Shown here one piece after another: positions 59,606 to 64,000 of a stretch of DNA of 64,000 bases. The notes under the pieces are model-generated. The model worked only from the letters and a program-made list of their open reading frames with translations. It made no database searches and was not told the origin of the DNA. The position numbers and the translations under genes were made by a program. Every line of letters starts with the position of its first letter. The stretch's first letter is position 1. This DNA is from Felis catus (lineage: Eukaryota), in NCBI RefSeq assembly GCF_018350175.1, contig NC_058368.1, positions 234,238,001 through 234,302,000 of the forward strand. The letters run 5' to 3'.

Positions 59606-62489
59606 CATGGGGTGCTTAACCTCTCTGTGCGACGGTTTGTTCCTCTGGAGGTGGGAAGGACCCCTGCGCCCTGGCGGCGGTGGTGGTGACGGCGTGCCAG
59701 GCCCTGAAGTCATTAGCTCACGTCCATGAATGGTCCAGGCCCAGTGCCCCAGCCACGCCAACCCACCAAGTGCTCACGACATCAGCCTCCTCTCAGCGTC
59801 AGGCCCACCTGCGTGGCCTTGGCCGGAGGCCCCGGTGTCCCACACCTGCGTGTACCGGGAGAAGGGCCGAGGGAGGGGAGGAGGCGCCAGGGACAGAGGA
59901 AGACGGCAGAAGCTGCCAGAAGCCGGGCGAGTCAAGATGGAGCTACAACTACCGGCTGGGTTTGGAGCGTGCTTTTCCAGAGCCCGCCTTGGCGAGGACC
60001 CGCACGGTAAGCGTAAACGCTGACCGCGAAGGCCAAGGCCGACGGCAAACCTCCACATTTCACGAGCCAGGAGGCTTTAGCCTCACCATCGAAACACATC
60101 AAGCCGGGCGGCTCTCATCACTGGCTGCTGTGTGATGAGAATTTCCACCGTCCGGGCCAGCTGTCCGCAGGGAGCCACGGATCAGGCCACAGTCTGGAAG
60201 CTCACAGGACTCAATGATGGAAGTGGAGGTTTTTCTGCCCAAACCGGGCAGCGGCTCTAAGCTCACCGGAGGACCAGAAGGGTGGCCGCGCTGCTTGTGA
60301 AGAGCCCCCCATCCCCCCGGCCGCCACAGTCAGGATGTGCCATCACTTCGGTCCCACCTCAGGTCTGCCTTGTGGCCCCGAGACCCCGCTCCCAGGGCCG
60401 GGCTTCAGTGTCCTCACCTGGGGCAGAGCTGCCCCGGCTGGGCTCCAGAGCCCTTCCGTCTTCACAACCCTCTCGCGATTCCCCTGGAGCCGAGCACACA
60501 CCTGCTGAGTAGGCTTGCATTTGGCCACAGCCGTCCGCACCCATCACCGTGGAGACACTCGGGACTTTGGGAGATTCAGGCAGGAAGAACTGAAATCTGA
60601 GAGCCACCCGCTTCTTACCAAAACTTTAAAGGACCCACAAGAGAACCTTCGTGTGACCTGTAACACTTGTCAGTGCCTCAAATATCCGGGTTCAGAGGTC
60701 ACGGACAGAGCGCAGCATGTGCAAGAACCCAAGTTGTGTTTATTGATCTTGCCCGCAGTTCACTCCAGGGCCTCGTAAGCCGTGGGCTGGCCCTTGCCCG
60801 GGACCCACTGAAGCCGGGAGACTAAAGGTGCGTGGAACCGCCAGCTTTGTCCATGGTGCCTCGTGACAAATGACTTCTGAACTGCCCCACCCCCACGGAG
60901 CTGTGGAAGCACAGCGAGGAAACCGAGTTTCAAGCCATTCTTGACAAGAATTAGCCCCAACTGTGGGGTGTTTGGGCTGCTGTGTGTTTCATCCTTTCTC
61001 GGGCAGCCTCCTCTGGTCATGTAAGTTACCCCACGACGGGCCAGGACTCTGCCACTTAGCAAATACCGACAGCACACCCTTCTCCTCTCCCTCTCCGAGG
61101 GCAACCGTGCACACGTGGGCTGGTCTGCCTGCATCACAGAGGTCCCACCTCCCGCGCTGCACACGGAACGCCAGGAACCTGGGAGAGAGACAGCGAGGAC
61201 ACGAGGCCCCAAGCAACTCCAAGAGGCGGTCACGGAGCAGTGGCCACAAGGGAGCTAATTTGGAATCGTGGGATGTCCCGCGGACGGAGTCACTGTCGTG
61301 ACCTGCAGGTGACCGACCTGAAGCCGTCACAGGACAGTGGGTGCAGGTATCCCCAACTGGGGTGGGTGGGGGTGCTCACGTTTCAGGTAACTGCAGTCTC
61401 CCCATCCCCCTCCCCGAGGCCCCGGGGCTCACAGGCGTGACCTACCAACTGAGCGGGCTTCTCTCGGAGGCCGGGGGCTCCCGCAGATCGCGCCGTTCAG
61501 AGAACCGTGGGCAGAAACCCACAGGGGGTGCCTGGCCACTGCCCTCCCACCCTGCCCAGTCCATCAGGTGGCCTTGCCGGTCCCATCCCACCTGACCGTA
61601 GCTGCCCTTGGCCACCCCTGCTCACCCGGGCCACCTCAACGTCCTCCTCCTGCCCGCTCTCCGATGAGCGGCCACAGTGACTTAGAAGTCCTCCCACTTC
61701 CCGTCCATCCCGGCTCACCTCCCTCTAGCCTCCGCTTCTGCACCTGCTCCCGGCCACCGGCCTCTTACGGTGCCACCAACGCGCCAGCTCCTTAACCCTA
61801 ACCCTAACCCAGCTCAAGCCCTCTCCTGGTCGGTCCTATTCGCAGACACACCTGTCACTCTGCCTCCAGCCACAACAGTGACATCTAGCTCATCAGTTGC
61901 TTTCTGGGGGTTTCTGCAGCCTTGCTGGAACTCAGGTGCACCTGCTTGGAGCACCCTCGAAGCCTCTGTGGAAGGGAGGAGCGGATGAGTGAGGGTTGTA
62001 CCAGGCTGTGGCTGAGGATTCTGGCACGCGCACTCCACGCAGGGGGGCGGTGGGGGGGGGGGGGCTGCAGCTGACACTCACTGCTCTGTAACAATTTTTA
62101 GATACTTCCTTGTAAGTTCTAAATGTGTCACATTTTAAGTTACATTCTGTTTGGCTGTTTCAAACGTGTTATTTCTGAGTGATATAATTTGACCTACGAG
62201 AGACGGAGACGGACGCGTTTCACTGGAAAGTCTTACCAGTACGCAGTGGTATCACACATCCCCTTGTCAGAAACGGCACGTAAATAGCGTCGTTTGAGTG
62301 GCGTTCCTGAACCCGCCGGGCTGGCGTGGAATACGAGCGCAGACTGCCTTTCGGCCCCATTTCTTCTGCGCACAGCCTGGCACGTCAGCTGGATTCCGAT
62401 TTCCTGAACCAGTGATAAAATAATTTTCGCTGCTCTATTTAGAAACTTCAGGGATACGAACTTAGAGAAGCTCCCCCTCCTCTTGAAAG

Positions 62490-62567
62490 GAAAGCAAACG
62501 TTCAAACACAGACACCACCTGGTTTCCAAAGTTTATTAAAAATCAAAGAATAGAAAAACTTTACATA
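62490..62567 (-). terminator. Distal cleavage/polyadenylation signal
   Basis: Minus strand: tatgtaaagtttttctattctttgattttt-AATAAA(62537-62532)-ctttggaaaccag-gtggtgtctgtgtttg. Confidence 0.75.
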
Positions 62568-64000
62568 AAAATATGTCAATTTTAGCTTCCACATTGTTGT
62601 CCACACACAAAAAAAATCGAAACATGATATCGTTTTATTCAACCTGTAGCGCGTGACCACAGTGGTAGCCAGGCCAATTCATTCGGTTCACCATGACGGG
62701 GACGGGGTGTGGCGCCTGTGTCTACGAATCGAGCTTTAAAATGCACACCCCCGGGGCCCTCGCCCCGAGGTGGCTCCTTGATGTAGGGTTACAGTCAATA
62801 TTGCTAATGTGCGGAGATTAGTACAGGCCTACGTATCAGTTTTTATAAATATTTCTTTATCAATAGATTCACAATTTAAATATCTTTAAATATTTTTGAT
62901 AACTTTCGATCAACAAGAACTGCAGACATGTGCTACTCTGTTCTGGAACGCCGCCCCCCCCTCCCCACCACCCCGACAGCCCACAGCCCCAGCTCTCGAC
63001 GGCGCTGTGAGCCAGTCCTGGGTCCGAGGCCGGCCGCAACAATGCGGAGCCGCCCTCCCTGGGGCCCCACCACCAGGCCGCACTCCAGAGCGCCCACTCG
63101 GCACATCGATCAGGTGTCATGGCAGTAAGTCTCGCGACTCGACGTTCTCCACTAGTGGACTTCAAAGACCAGCCTACCTGTAGTGTTCAGCAGGGCCGGA
63201 ACCCCCATTTTAGAACTGGGGGCTCAGACGGCCTCTGAGATGCAGCCAACAACACCCAGGACAACTGTGGTGCTCCGAAAACTCAGGGTTAGGCAGGATG
63301 GACATATTCTTGTTGAGAACAAGGCCAAGGACAGTGGCCGCCGCGGCAGACTGCGCCCGCGTACTACGCCTGTAGGCTTCTCCAGTCGGGCGCCAGCCGC
63401 CCCCGGCCCCACCCCTGGGCTGTGCTCTCCTGCGATACGTTAAAAATACTCCCCACGGTGCACTGAGCAGCTGAAGGACTCCTCATAGGTTTGCTCTTAA
63501 CAGAACGAAGGCATACTGCTATACAGATTCCTCAACGGAATCAACATAATTCCTTTCTCCACATTCCTAAAACTGGGTACCATTGTCCGTACTGATATTC
63601 ACCAGACCCATCCTTACAGGCCACGTTACTAAAACTGACGGAAGCATCTCAAAGTTCACATTTGTTTTTTTTAGGATTTTATAATGTGACAACCCTTTCT
63701 CCCCTTGGAAAGTTCTGGCACTTTAAATGCTGGATTTGTTGTCTACTTTAAAAGAACCAAAAACCAAAACGTTAAGCTCTGCGGTCAGAGCGAGACAACA
63801 GACGGGCCGGAGGGCAGGGCCGGCGGGCAGCTGGTCAGAGGGCTTGGGGGCCGAGCCGCTTCCGAGAACCGCCGGGGCCACTCGGCTCCCCCGCCGGGCG
63901 CTGAGAGGCCTCGCCCGCGTCTGACCAAAAGGAAAACACGAAAACAAACCCCGAGCCCCTCACTCGCGGTGTTGGTAACGGTGCTCATCAGACAACCAGC
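62515..64000 (-). other. Probable 3' UTR of an unidentified gene whose coding part lies beyond the right edge
   Basis: Repeat-free sequence with U/AU-rich blocks on the minus strand, ending in two AATAAA hexamers with upstream TGTA and downstream GU-rich elements. Confidence 0.7.
62600..62639 (-). terminator. Proximal alternative polyadenylation signal
   Basis: AATAAA (62639-62634) followed by ...tttttttttgtgtgtgg. Confidence 0.5.

Noticed and set aside
47361..62094. Numerous 100-200 aa Pro/Gly/Arg/Ala-rich ORFs in the GC-rich part
   Set aside because: Stop codons are scarce at high GC; the ORFs overlap in many frames, several lie in LTRs, and none resembles a known protein
62515..64000. 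Assigning a gene symbol to the 3' UTR
   Set aside because: There is no coding sequence in the window and I do not recognise the UTR reliably

Overview
This is mammalian, non-coding-dominated DNA, almost certainly from a felid such as the domestic cat. The evidence is about 30 tRNA-derived Can-SINEs (several of the young feline SINEC_Fc type) and a carnivore-type LINE-1. I found no intact host protein-coding exon that I can recognise. The main contents are: (i) a 5.6 kb L1 (40826-46425, +) with an intact 5' end, broken ORF1/ORF2 and a missing 3' end, nested in a SINE tail inside a MER58-like element; (ii) a 3'-truncated, tail-less U4 snRNA retrocopy with a perfect 14-bp target-site duplication (58887-58955, -); (iii) the probable 3' UTR and two tandem poly(A) signals of an unidentified minus-strand gene entering from the right edge; (iv) several minus-strand exon-like segments that could belong to a spliced lncRNA; (v) a CpG-rich stretch at 48-49.4 kb with GC boxes and a divergent pair of CTCF-like motifs; (vi) many old repeats (MIR, MER3/5/58, Tigger-like, MLT1, MER21-like, L1M relics), a ~650 bp AT island and several micro- and minisatellites. 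Repeat family names come from my recognition of consensus sequences, and boundaries of old repeats are approximate. Nothing here establishes a new biological system. The most testable idea is that an L1 antisense promoter drives a spliced transcript.
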